64,000 bases of DNA from NCBI RefSeq assembly GCF_001194135.2, contig NC_069000.1:6300590-6364589 (forward strand). The letters run 5' to 3'. Within the stretch, counting starts at the first letter, position 1. Every line of letters begins with the position of its first letter. The stretch is from Octopus bimaculoides. Its lineage: Eukaryota. The notes beneath the pieces are model-generated. The model did no database searches, was not told the DNA's origin, and saw nothing but the letters and a program-made list of their open reading frames with translations. Of this stretch, positions 47,191 through 60,720 are shown piece after piece. A program made the translations under genes and the position numbers.

Positions 47191-49691
47191 TAAATAACTT
47201 GTATAAATCTTTTGTCATTTATGTCTCTGTCCTTTTTGGTTTTTTTGGTTTTCATTTAAAAAAAAAAAAAACCTGTACAGCACTGTTTATTGGTTGATTA
47301 GCTTATCGTGACATCTTTAATAAATCGTAATAAAATGTGATTATATAATGGACATGAACTTATTCTGCAGCATAAATCAAACAATTTGCTATTCCAATAA
47401 TAATAATAATAATAAAGTATATTATTTACCTGAAAGGTTTTGCCTTATATCAACATTTATTCTTTCAATTTTTGCCTTATGACTGATGATGATGATGATG
47501 ATGCCTGCTGCTTAAAATTGGTTTGATTCCTTTGTGTTTATTGACAGTCTTGTTGGCTTGCATTCCCTCATACATACATACGTACGTGCATATGTGTGTG
47601 TGTGTGTGCGTATGCATATTATTGTGGTCAAGTCGGTCTCCTGCTATTTCTGTGTATTGCCTGTGGGTGCCCAGGGAACACTAAACATGTATATACATAT
47701 ATATACACACTCACACGTACAGACTAATGCTCAGCAATAGCCATATAAAGGAAGATTGAGTGGGGGTGGAGAGTGAGTGAGTGAGAGAGAGAGAGAGAGA
47801 GAGTGAGTTGGCAGGAGGTATTATTTTGCAGGAAAAAAAACAAGTTGAACAGTTAGAATTTAGGAAAGCAACTGGGTCACCACAAACTGGTTTGAAAGGT
47901 ATTATCAGAGTATTTTTCAACTATGATTGTGATTGTGTACGTGTATTGCACCTAAGAACCTTCAAAGTTACAATTTACTACATCATATACATGCACACAC
48001 ACACACACACAATCAAAATTTTAAATCATTCTACTTGTCTCTCCTTTCTTAGTCTGGTAAACATGATTTTTTTTATTTTCATTTTATAATCATTTCCATA
48101 CAGTTTTTGGATTATTTTTTTTGTCTTCTCATTATACCTACTTGTATCCTATTTAAAAAAAAAAATCTTCCTTTTTGTTTATAGTTTGGTTAGTAAACAG
48201 TTCTGTTTTGTTCCATTCATAGTGTCTTGACTGTTTCTTGTAGTGCAGGCTTCTGTACCTGTCATTTCTGTCACCTTTCATCATTCTTCAGAATTCGTCG
48301 TCACATTTTGCTTTTCTTTTTTTAATTTTTAATACATGCTAAAATCTAAGAAACCTATTAATTGCGAGGCTGCCTGTCCCTGGTAATGAAAGATGGCTAC
48401 GGCAGGGCTATTGTTCTCTTGAGATGTTCCATGTTAGTTCAGTGAAGCAAATTAGATTTCTTACTAATAATTAAAAAAGAAAAAAAAAAAACAAATGGTG
48501 AATCCACTATCATAATCATTATTTGTTGGCAGTTTTTGTAACGTCTGTTGGACACACACAACAGACATTAATGCTTTTTGTAGCTGTTGACTCCTGTTAT
48601 ATTTTAAGGATTAAAATCTTTTTTTTCTTCTGCAAGACTTCTCTTGGCCTGTTCAGCATTCTATTAGTTTCCAGTCGAGTTAAATGCTTTAAACTCCCAT
48701 ATTTAAAAGGTTTTAGCATTTAACCAATTCCACAACCGCCACTTAATACCTGCATTGATTTCATTTAAATAGAAATCTTGGAGATTCTCTGGACCATTTT
48801 GTTCCGGAATTGGGATGGTGGGTGAGGGTGCTTTATATTTATTTATTTTTTTTAACAACTTACAATCAAATTCATTTGATAATTTTTCTCAAAAATCTAT
48901 ATTCCGAATTGTAGGAAAGAGACACTTTAACCTTTTGAACTTGTAAGTACACTTTAATGGGTGTGGTTTCATTTGATCATAAACCTAGAAAGGTGTAAAA
49001 GCAATTTGCTTTTATAGTTTGCTGATTATCAGCTGTAAGAACGAAACTCTCTGGCCACCAACATTTGTGTCTTCCAGGGAAATAATGTCAACCAAAATCA
49101 AGCCTGGTAAAGTGCATTGGCAGATTCAAAGGGTTATACTTTTGGTAGCTGTGAGGAAATTCTTGATTCTGCTTATTGTTTGTCTCAAGTTTTTACTACT
49201 TTCCATAGTTTTCTCTTATCTAGTGTGTGTGTGTGTTCAATCTTCATATTTTAATTCTTTGCTATGAATAAAAGGGGAGAAAAAGACAACTAATTTAGCA
49301 GGTAAATATCCCACTTAAAAACTTTTTTTCGTTAAGCATTAAAGAGTTTGCGTCACATCTCTGATTTGGATGCTTAATGAAGACTGTTTTTGGGGGGTTT
49401 TTTGTTTTGTTTTTTGCCAATCCAAAAGTGTTTGTCTTCAGTGTAATGTGCTTACACAAAATGGCCAGTATATTAGGATTCAATGGTGTATTGTAAATGT
49501 ATATAATGTAAAAATGGGAGCTTTAAAGTTTAGTAACATTCCATTCATTTCACACTATTTGAAACAAAGTTCTTTGTAGTGTTCTACATCTTTATAAATT
49601 GCTGTGTTCGTGTGTATATATATATATATATACATACATACTCATACTATATATATACACACACACACACACAAGTATACATACACACTCA

Positions 49692-49737
<46 letters not shown>

Positions 49738-49747
49738 NNNNNNNNNN

Positions 49748-49787
<40 letters not shown>

Positions 49788-50042
49788 GGTACTGTTCTGT
49801 TATTGGTGGGATCAACAGAAAAAAAGTATTATATGCAGTAAGAGAATTTAATATAGCCAGGATTTAAAAGAAACCTACTATTTGTTTCATGCCTCTGAAA
49901 ATTGAGTGGTTGAACAACCTTGTTTTTCAGTCTGAATGATTGCATGCAAATGCATGCCATGCTATACAAGTTTGTCTGACCATTGTATTATCAGAGACAT
50001 AGAACCAATTCTAGCTTGCATTTAAATCCTGCATATTAAATG

Positions 50043-50082
<40 letters not shown>

Positions 50083-50457
50083 TTGTGTATGATTTTCATA
50101 TGGTGCAGGTTGACCTTCTGGTGAAGGCTGCATGACCAAAACTTTGAAGTTACTGTCAACCTTTTCCGTGTAAAAACTAGACTGTCCTCTACTGAAAGGT
50201 ATTGAGTAATCCTTCAATTGTTTATATATATACACATACATACATCCATTCATGTACATGCCTGGATGTGCAATATGGAAAAACTGTACATAATATATGT
50301 GAAGTTTATCTGGTTTAAGCTAATGTAATTCACACTGTTGCTCTTCCGATTATCTTGCTTTTATGTGTTCATTCAGGTAACTAGAAAGCATAATAGCAAG
50401 ACATTTGTATCGTGAGTGTGTGAGTTACTGGCTTTCAAGATGCGTGTATGTATGTAT

Positions 50458-50491
<34 letters not shown>

Positions 50492-51493
50492 AAAGAGATT
50501 TAGTGTTTCTTACATTCCTTTTGAGGGTACCTTCTTGAGATTCACCAATTTTGCTAGTTGGAATTTAAGCATTCTGAGAGAGTTTTTTTCTTTTTTTCTG
50601 TTTATCTTGTTAATGTTTTTTTTTTTTTTTCATGTTCTGTTGTTCGAATTTTGTTCCTAAATATTCTGAAACCCAGAAGGTAGTTGATCCTTTCCAATCC
50701 ATACTGCCATCCTATATTATTTCGTCAGATTCACCAATGGTGCCAAGAAATACATTACAATATATATATATATATATATATCGTGTGTTTGTGTATGCAC
50801 ACATGCGTATATGTATGTTTTGCTTTCTTTATTATTGCAAAAGTCTGCCGAGAACCACTGTTAAAATAAATGAACAGCATTTTTCTAAGTAACAGGCACT
50901 AAACAGGTATATACACACATGCTTTATACATATTTGCATGCACATTACATGTGTATATCATATGTGCATAGGTATACATTTGTATATTTTGTGTGTGTGT
51001 GTGTAAATATATATTTATATACATACGTGTGTGTGTATATCCATGTATATATACATGTGTGTGTGTGTCTGTGTGTATATATATTTGTGTGTGTATCCAT
51101 ATACAAATATACATTTGTATGTATGTACGTATGTGTATATATATATACTATATACATAATACATAGGTGTGTGTATCTTTATAATATATATATATATATG
51201 TGTGTGTATGTATATATATATATGTGTGTATACACATATATATACTATACACAGTTCTATTTTTTGAATACTTATCTTTTGTGATATCTTTGTTAGAAAT
51301 TTACCTAATATTCTGTTAACTGTTTCATGTTTTGGTAAAATAGAACTGATCATACAATCCAAGAATCGTTTCTAATACCAGCCCCCAAAATTAGGAACTG
51401 TTAATATTACTTGTCTGGGTTAATTAGGGAGCAGTGTTATTTGAAAGGGATTCAACTACTTAAATCAGCTCTCACGGATGCTTTTTTTTTTTA

Positions 51494-51548
<55 letters not shown>

Positions 51549-52997
51549 TTACGCAGCAAAGTTAATTAATGTCATGGTAAAATCTAAACATTGTCAAAGA
51601 CTTTGGAAAGAATAAATAAATAAAAAAAAATTAATAAATTTTCAGTTTACAGATTCATTTTTGTTTTTTTATTTTATTTTAATTTTTCTGCGAATTTCTG
51701 TAGTTAATTCCTAAACATCTTTTTATTCATTTGTTGTTTAGCTTTTTCCCTCTCCCCCCCTGCCACCACCACCACCACCAAACATTCTTCTAAGCCTGCT
51801 CAGACCCAGCTGGCACAACGTAAAATGCACCCAGTACACTCTGTAAAGTAGTTGGTGTTAGGAAGGGCATACAGCCATCGAAGCCATGCCAGAATGGACA
51901 ATTGGTGCTTGGTACAGCGTTCCCAGCTTGCCCACTCCTGTCAAACTGTCCAACCCATGCCAGCATGGACAACGGACATTGATGATGATGATGTACTGGT
52001 ATTTGGTTTGGAACATATTTTTTTTTATCTTTGTTTCCCCCCCAACTGCACTCCCTAATGTGTCCCCTCCTCTCCTTATTTTTCATCTCGACTCTTTAGC
52101 CTTCAGATTACTCTGTCAAATGTAATGCTTATTTATTCTCATTGCTTTGAATTAATCATGCACTGTCTCATAGCTTTGAGATTTTGATGGAGTGTTTGTT
52201 TATTTTTAGAAGGACATTGTAGGGTAGGTGTGAGGAGCTGGATCTGGCTGGTTTGAACACAAAACAGGTGGAATATTTTGGCTGGATATGGCTATTTTGA
52301 ATAGTTAAGGATTATGGTTGTAATAGTATGTAAGCCACCAAATGTTAAAGAAGGTTGCTTCACAACCACATGGTCTCTGGTTCAACCTCACTGCATGTCA
52401 ACTTCAGAGAGTGTCATTTTCTATAATCTGCTAAGGATTATAGAAAAATAAGGGGACAACTTATACCTTGTGGGTGAAACTGGATTATTAGAAAATTAGC
52501 TTATTGGACAGGATGTATTCATTGAGCCAATGCTATGACCTTGTCACACTCTGTCGTACTGATTTTGTCTGAAGATTGTATTATGGCTACATGTCTATGG
52601 AATACTCTACCATTTATTGAACAATTTAATCCTCACCATCAAAACATGATACATCTGTGTCCGTCTTTCCCATCCTGGTGTCTGTGATTAGGCTGTTGTT
52701 TCTTGCAGATTGAGCTTTTCCACTCACCATTGGCGACTTAGTCATATATTTGGTTTTAATACGCACATGCACGTTTTAAATTCAATTATAACTTTAAATC
52801 CTCTTCCTCCTCCTCATCGTTTTTAATGGCCACTTTTCTATGCTGGCATGAGTCAGCAAAAATTACTGAGGCAGAATTTCTACAACTTGGATAGTCTTCC
52901 TGCTGCCAATCCTCACCTGTTTCCAAGTAAGGTAAAATTCTTCATCACTGTTTGTCTCTGACCACCACTTGACTGAGGTCAATTTGTTTGACTAAAC

Positions 52998-53675
52998 CAT
53001 TGGTTCTCAACCAAGGTCCATGTGTCCCTGGGATGTCCATATAAGATTCTTTTCAAGATCACAAAAGCAAAATAATAGAGTGGAGATCCATGGTACAAAT
53101 TGCTTTAGACATATTTATAGGAAGAAACGGCCAGGTTTCTTTCTCCTCACGCTTAACATTGTTCAACAGGTTTCCAGTCCCTCGAACATGTCCTCTCCAA
53201 GAAAACATGTGAAAAAGCAAAATGGGAATTTTTAAAAGAGTAATTGTAAAACTAGCTTTTAAACATTGAATGTCAGTGAGCAGAGGTTCTCAACCATTTT
53301 TTATCTAGGGACCCCTTTGATTACTATTTTATTCTGGTGGGGCCCCATCCCTTAGCCTTTCGATGTTTAAAAACTAATTTAATAAAACCTTCTTTCAGAA
53401 TTCCCATTTTGTTTTTCACATATTCCTCCTGTGTAGTTTGAACTATGTAGAATGAAAGAAACCTAGCTGTTTCTTGCAATACCAATATTTAAATCGGAAT
53501 TTTTTCAGGGATCCTTGAAATATTATTATGGATTCACAGTGTAATATTTTCTTCCGGGGCCCCCTCCAAAATCTTATATGGACCTTGGTTGAGAACCACT
53601 GGTCTATGAGGGTCTGCCAGGATTAGATAGTAATCAAAGGGATCCGTAAGTAGAAAGAATGGTTGAGAACCACTG
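52998..53675. mobile_element. hAT (Charlie-type) MITE containing a second, inverted copy of the same family (53281-53601)
   Basis: CAGTGGTTCTCAACC-type TIRs on both elements. The outer 8-bp TSD is GACTAAAC/GACTTAAC, and the outer element interrupts a family-C SINE tail. Confidence 0.8.
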
Positions 53676-55191
53676 GACTTAACCTTTTAAAGGTGGTGCT
53701 CCAGCATGGCTGTAGTCTAGTGACTGAAGCAAGATAAAAGATTTAATTCCTTTTAACATATGCACAAGTTCATGATTTCTGGGGAGGGTGTAGTTGATTA
53801 AATCTGACAACCACCATCCCCAGCAATTCTTTATCGGTACTTATTGGACCTGGATGGGATGAAAGGTGAGATTGACTTTAGTAGGGTTTGAACTCAGAAT
53901 ATAAAGAGTTGAACCAAATTTTGGCAGAAGGTCAGTGATTTCAAGGGAAGGGCGTGGTGGGGGGGTAAGTCGATTACATTGACACCCCACCCTCAGTACT
54001 CACTGGATACTTGTTTTACTGACCCCACAAACGATGAAAGGCAAAGCTGACCTCAGCAGAATTTGAACTCGGAACGTAAAGATTGACGAAATACCACTAA
54101 GCTTTTTGCCCAGCATGCTAACAATTTTGCCAGTTCCCTGCCTTTCTTGAATGAAATATTGCTTCAAGGTGTTTTATTAGAAGCTTAAACTCTTTGCAAT
54201 CTCCAGTTCAAAGTAAGAATATTAATAATGAAGATGGCAGTTAGTTGTATCCTGCACTACATAGGCATTTGCTTCATGACTACGTTTCCCGGTTCGAAAT
54301 TTCCCCAAGATACTTGATGAAGGCTGGAGGGTATATCAGCCGAGACGTTGTGTTAGCAACAAAAAAGATGAGGACAAATGTCTGTTAAATGTAAATAATG
54401 TAAATGGTAGGGTGTGTGGTTTGAGGAAAATTTAGCAGTTCTTTCTACAAAATAGAAACTCCCTTGCTTCAGCTTAGTATTAAGCCTGGATTTGTGATTA
54501 TTAGCTCTCTCTCTCTTTTTCTCTCTCTATGGAGCCTGACTTAGTGTTTGGATTGGTTTGTGGTAATTAATGCCAAATTGGTCCCTCCCTTGGCCTCAAT
54601 TCTCCCTCAGTTGCAGTTAAGGTAGGATAACATAAAAAGATAATTAACCTTTTTTTTTTTTTTTTTAACTTAAATTGAGAATGTGAAGACGATATTGCAT
54701 GTGAGAGGTGTTACCTGTTCTGATTTGGTTTCATACAAAAATACGTTTGGTTAAAGCAGGAATTTGATATTTGTTGGTAAATTTTCATGATCTCTAAATC
54801 ATGTTTGTTTTCTTGACAGGAAATGAATGACTGACTTGCATGTAATAATAAGGAGACTCTCACTCTGAATTCGTCTAGAATCATAGGAGATGAGGGTTTA
54901 TTATTTTGATAGCAAACTTGTAAAAGTATCACACAGTTGGATTCACCTTTATATCTACTGAGAAGTGTTGAAATCTGAATGTGAACAGATTTGGAAAACA
55001 TACTTGAAAGGGTTATTAAATAAGCAATCCGATACACACACCTCTATAAGTCTCTATACCAGTGATTCTCAATCTTAGGGCTGCCGCATGAGGCCCTCAT
55101 GCATCCTTCTAGCAGTCCTCAACAGCATTCCCTCTATAAATATAAATCTTTCTTTAATTGACTTATGTTTTACCTTTTCTTTTTTTCTCTT

Positions 55192-55235
<44 letters not shown>

Positions 55236-55287
55236 CATCCCCCTAAAAAAAAAAAAATCCAGGTTTAGGATCTAGCCCCGATACTAA

Positions 55288-55498
55288 CCCTTTAATGCTC
55301 ACATTACTCTGTTAAATGTAATGCTTTTTCACTCAAATTGCTTTGAATTAATCATGCATTATCTCATAGCTTTGAGGTTTCAATGATGCGATGGTTTATT
55401 TTTAGAATGTCAATGTAGGTTAGGCCAGATATGGCTAGTTCAAATATAAAACATGTAGAATATTTGGACCGGATATGGCTGGTTTAAACACTAAAGGG
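55288..55498. mobile_element. piggyBac-type MITE (related or similar copies ~15560-15752, ~24030-24180, 37412-37591, ~52091-52310)
   Basis: (C)TAA|CCCTTTA...TAAAGGG|TTAA termini; internal sequence shared with 52091-52310 and 24030-24180. Confidence 0.7.
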
Positions 55499-56066
55499 TT
55501 AAAATGGACACCTCCACAAGACCCCCTCCCCAATCTCTGTAAGGCTCTTTACAATTATACAAAAATTCTACATCTGTCTACAACACTATGCAAGGATATG
55601 CTTCCTCAAGGAACATGTCTGTTTTTAATCTCAAGTATGTCAACCTGTGAGTAAGATTCCAAACTTACACTTAATAATGTGTGATTTGAGGGTGATAGTG
55701 ATTTGGTTGCCATTTCCACCAGTTTGAGTGACCTTGTAGATATTCCCCTCCCCTCCAATTTCAGTTGAGAAGCCATTAAATACAATAATGTAAGCAAGTT
55801 TATTAGTCTCAGTCTTTAACTATTCATTAACGTGATCAGATGCTGCCCTATAAGAAACCTGTAGACAGCATCAGTCTTCCATAATGCTTGGAATTTATTG
55901 GTGAATGGAAAAATGAATGAGACCAACATTTAATGCCTTTTTGCAGTTCCTTAGTCTAAGGAAACCTGAGTGTAAATTCCTGTTAATATCGCCTGTAAAA
56001 GTTCACTCCAAGATCTTAGATTTTGTGCTTTCCATGAAAGGACAGCAGAAGAGCTTTCTCATAAAT

Positions 56067-56100
<34 letters not shown>

Positions 56101-56599
56101 GTTGTATTACTCATCCAAAGTGTGTATGTATGTACATGCACTTACAGAAATGACATACACACACTAGTTATTCCTAATGTTTTATTAGTCTACATTCTAT
56201 CACACACATTCAAAGTGTGTGTGCATATATGTATGTACACACACACACGCACAAACACAGAGGTAACTCACACTTGCGTATCAGCCCCTCTCTCCTAATA
56301 TTCTGTACACACAAACATATTGCGCGGTCAATCCAGGTAAGATTAAACAGCATTGTCATTATCATTTTATACTTATTTTTCCACCCTCGCATGGATTAGA
56401 GGTGGGTGTTCCTCTACAGCATGAGTCACCAAACTTTTTTTCACGGTGAACCAGATAACTGACAGAATGATGAGCATTGGCGGCATAACCATTTTGTTCA
56501 ATACAATATAGTGAATACACAAAAAGAATAAAATCAACCAATATATTTATTTACCAAAACGTTATCAAAGGTGGCAGTGTTAGCAATAAGCTAGTTGTA

Positions 56600-57070
56600 T
56601 CACACCTAGTGCGCACGTATCTGAATCTCTCAAACTAAGCAGCAAAAAAAGGTTGGTGAGATTTGTGAAACTGGTGTTTTAGCTTTGGAGATATAATCAA
56701 TATTTGCTTTGTATGTCTGCAAACCTCATCAGTCAATCTTGTTTGATGTTCTAACTTCACATCCTTCATTTTCGAAAATGTTTGCTCACAGACACAAGTT
56801 GTTCCAAACACTGATGCCATCCATACCAGCGGCGAATGAACTCTTTTCAAATTTATTTCTACATCCAGACGGGTCTCCTAATACATTCTTCTGAATGGCA
56901 CTTTGTATCTCCTTTTTGGGATGCATATTCAACTGTTTCTTTGCAGGTGTGTCCCATTATTTCCTCAGTAAAGCATAACTTGAAGATGTGAACAGGCTTA
57001 CTTTCATTTTCCTTTTATGTTCTTTATAATTGCAGGTTCTAATTTAAATACCTGGTCCTGGCATGTCTGG
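56600..57070 (-). mobile_element. hAT transposase C-terminal (dimerization domain) relic
   Basis: ORF 56635-56850: SVFGTTCVCEQTFSKMKDVKLEHQTRLTDE matches the hATC pattern S.FGSTY.CEQ.FS.MK..K...R.RLTD. Confidence 0.7.
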
Positions 57071-58751
57071 AAATTTTTCTCTATTATACACAAAGTCTTC
57101 AGTTTTCTATCCTTTTCTTATGGAGGCCAATAAGAAATTCAATTGGTCCACTATCACTCTCTATTTTCTGTGCTTTGTCCAAGCACACCACAACCGTTAT
57201 CTCTAGGATTTGCTGGCACCTCTTCATAAGCATTGCCTGCGTCATCTTTATCTGAACCTTGACCATCATTTGGGACATGCAAAACAATTTCAAATTCTTG
57301 GTTTTGGAATGCTTACATACTTCAATGATGTTCAAAGTTTCTTCTGTGTCCCTCTCGATGTTAAGACTCTCTTTGCTATTATTATATGGGAAATGAAACG
57401 AAGCAGTTATAAAAATGTTTTTATTTAGCAATTAAGTAATAGACCCATAAATATATTTACTAAATAAACACAACAAATAAAGTAAAATAGGTAAAAAAAA
57501 ATAAATACGTGAAATAGGAATTCTATAATATTCTAAAATGAACATTCCGATTCCCAGCTTATGATTTATCATATTCAAGGGAAAAACATTTAAACTAAAA
57601 TTTTTTTGGTTGAAATATCATTTAAAGTTAAAAGACAATTTGTTGAATTAAAAATATTAACGTTTGAGATTCTGTATTACTAACAATATACAAAGCATAA
57701 ACTTATCATCTCTAAAGCTCACTCGAGCAGATCAAAATAACTACTGAAGGAAAAGTTCACAGCAAAATGTTAAATGAAATAAAATATCACAAGAGTTTAA
57801 ATTTTAAAATGAAAGGTTGAGTGGTTTAATTTTTTAAATTATTTTTCTTTGGTAAGGTTTTCCATATGATTCATCATATGTTAGGCACATATCATACATT
57901 GAGCATTCCCTAATTAAATCCAGTGAAATCCCAGAAAAACAAAATCTTATGCTGGCTTTCCTTTAGTACTACTATAATGTATGGGAAAAGGAGCATTTAG
58001 TTAGATTTATCATAATGGGCAGGACCTGTGAATATTTCACGGAATAAATGGTAAACTTATTGGGTTACTTCTGAAAGCTTCATCCAAAAACCTGTAAGTG
58101 TAGCCTGTATTGTGCCCTGTATCAAAAGATGGTCGCTCATCTGCTTATCGTTGAAAAATGAAGGAAATTGGAATACGATGATTCCTTAATGCACAATTCT
58201 ATACACTCAATACACAACACTCTCCTGCTCTCTCACACTTTATCACACCTTCTTTTCTCTTTCCTTTTTCTTTCACTCTTTGCTTTTCCCTTCAACAAAT
58301 CACATGAAAGCATTACAGACAGGCCAATAAGTAATGGTGGCGGGGGTGGGGGGAGAACTTAGTTAAAAAAAAGTCTACACATTTCACTCACCACCTCCCC
58401 TCCCATCTCCACCCTCTACCATTCCCGCTCATCCCCATCCCTCCCCCTTCAACTAATCACATGGAAGTGTTACGGATAGGCTAAGTAATGTAGCAACAAG
58501 CAGAATTATTATAAGATTTCTATACAAGAAACATTGAAAAAATTCACTCATCTAAAACTTTACCAGTTTGGGCCATAAAAGTGCATTTATTGTAGGGTCA
58601 GTATTTTGGAAATCATGGAATTTTTATTTTTTTTATTGTTCCCTAAAAAAATCAGTTTNNNNNNNNNNNNNNNNNNNNNNNNNNNNNNNNNNNNNNNNNN
58701 NNNNNNNNNNNNNNNNNNNNNNNNNNNNNNNNNNNNNNNNNNNNNNNNNNN

Positions 58752-58843
58752 GGGCAAGTGTCTTCTACTATAGCTTCGGGCCGACCAAGGCCTTGTGAGT
58801 GGATTTGGTAGATGGAAACTGAAAGAAGCCCATCGTATATATG

Positions 58844-58874
<31 letters not shown>

Positions 58875-59048
58875 GTTTGCATGTCTGTGTTTGTCCCCCC
58901 AACATCGCTTGACAACCGATGCTGGTGTGTTTACGTCCCCGTAACTTAGTACTAGGCTTCCAAAGAATAAGTCCTGAGGTCAATTTGCTCGACTAAAGGT
59001 GGTGCTCCAGCATGGCCACAGTCAAATGACTGAAACAAATAAAAGAGT
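58752..59048 (+). mobile_element. SINE family C (CORE-like) copy (others ~10459-10625, ~12455-12590, ~15445-15555, ~28490-28790, ~61015-61215, ~61634-61770)
   Basis: Shared CCTTGGGCAAGTGTCTTCTACTATAGCC...GGAAACTGAAAGAAGCC body and GGTGCTCCAGCATGGCC..AGTC tail; boundaries approximate. Confidence 0.75.
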
Positions 59049-59368
59049 AATATTTAAGCAAGTCTAAAGTCATTCAGTTTATACAATTGAAAAAAAATCA
59101 TGTTAACACAGACGTAGAAAGTATGAATATGTACCAAATTTTTATATAATGCTTTTATTTTTTTAAATTACCTCTAAATTTCTGCTTTTCAACATCAGAC
59201 ATTCAGTAGTAAAGATCGTTTTCCAGCATAACATGGCAATCCTGGTTTAGGACAAATGTTGCTGTAATTTAGCCCCAGGAAACATCGTCTCCAGCTGGCT
59301 ATATGACACGGTCTGTGTCCTTATATTTTAGAACAAGGGAATCTAGCACCCCCACTCAGCTCAAAACA

Positions 59369-59420
59369 ATATCTGTGTATCGCGATTCCTGGGTTATTTC
59401 CCTTCATCAGCACAGAATAC
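59369..59420 (-). ncRNA. Degenerate minimal type I hammerhead ribozyme (Penelope/retrozyme-like)
   Basis: Minus-strand RNA CUGUG-CUGAUGA-AGGG-AAAUAA-CCCA-GGAA-U-CGCG-A-UA-CACAG: perfect stem I, intact CUGAUGA, stem II, palindromic stem III loop and UA cleavage site. Two departures from consensus: GAAA>GGAA and a 10.1/11.1 mismatch. Confidence 0.5.
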
Positions 59421-60507
59421 TCGGCTAGAGGTGGCGCTGCCAAATTCCCGTTCGAAATATATAGTTTTCAAACTGACGAATGGTCACTGATTTATAAATT
59501 GTGAGATTTGAAAATGGTAATTTTCTAATCAGACATTCAGATTCTAATAATTTTTTTCTCTTTTAATCAGAATTTTAGATTTAAATGTAACATTTTCAAT
59601 TATCAGAGAATAGAAAAAGAGGTCTCATTTTAAGCCTCACCATTCAACATGTTATTTCCTGGGCCATAAGTAATGTTGGCATTATCTGTAGATACTACCT
59701 GTTCACAGATTTCAATTATCCACATAAGAAGTACAGAGGAAGTATTTTGTTCAGAGAACTTAACTGATCATAAACATAGGAAGCCATACTGAAAGTAATT
59801 ATGTAAAGAAAACAAAAGCACCTATTTATAGAATTTTTATTATTTGGACAAGTGAAGGTTTGTGGGATAGTGGTTAGCATATTCATCCCACAACCATAGA
59901 GTCGTGAGTTCAATTCCCGGCAACGCTTTGTGTATTTGAGCAGGACACTTTATTCACGTTGCTCCCAGTTCACTCAGCTGGCAAAAATGAGTCGTATCTT
60001 GTCACGTTCTGTGTCGTACTGAATCTGCCTGAAAATTGCGTTCAGGTTATTCATGTCTGTGGAGTGCTCAACCACTTGCACATTAATTTCATGAGCAGGC
60101 TGTTCTGTTGATGGCATCAACTGTAGAACGCTCCTCGCCGTAACCGTGGGAGGGCCATTTATTATTTGAGTGATAAAATGCTGAATTCTGCTAATTCTTT
60201 GAGTGAAATTTAAGCATGATCACAGCACTAAAATCTTGCTTTTCTGTCCAATTGCCAATGATATCCCCCCCTCTCTCTCTCTCTCTCTCTCTCTTAACTT
60301 ATTTGATTACTTGTAACAGTTGTGCAATCAGTACTGATTTCTTGAGTGAATATAAACATTTCTCATTTCATCATCTCTTAATAGAATGATGAGCATACTG
60401 TTTATATATATGTGTGTGTGTATATTTATGTATACACACACATATATGTATACATATATACACACATATATAAGTGCATATATATATAGACATACACACA
60501 CACACAC

Positions 60508-60543
<36 letters not shown>

Positions 60544-60546
<3 letters not shown>

Positions 60547-60720
60547 GGTTCGGCAAGCATTGCTTCACCACACACCGAAAATTAGAAATAGCAGTCAAAA
60601 CTACTATTTCTCTACCAACAGTATTGCTGTTTTGGGAGTTGTATTTTGGTAGAGAAATAGTAGTTTTGACTGCTATTTCTAATTTTCGGTGTGTGGTAAA
60701 GCAATGCTTGCTGATCCCTA
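60544..60720. mobile_element. 177-bp foldback MITE with hAT-like TAGGG...CCCTA termini
   Basis: 75-bp inverted arms (60544-60618 / 60646-60720) with 3 mismatches and a 27-nt spacer; no TSD recognisable. Confidence 0.7.

Noticed and set aside
47534-47898. IIVVKSVSCYF (resembles the NCAM TM motif) and an exon-like EKKQVEQLEF...TGLK segment (47832-47898)
   Set aside because: The first is embedded in (TG)n-derived frame without an acceptor; the second has incompatible phase and a weak acceptor
54311-54360. Second hammerhead-like core (TTGATGA-A-GGCTG..CAGCC-GAGAC)
   Set aside because: Stem II is good, but both core motifs are mutated and I could not build stem I or a cleavage site. It is probably a Penelope-like remnant, but not supportable as a ribozyme.
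56572-56598. miR-34-like string TGGCAGTGT...AGCTAGTTGT
   Set aside because: 4-nt insertion and mismatches relative to miR-34, no precursor hairpin, and adjacent to an hAT relic
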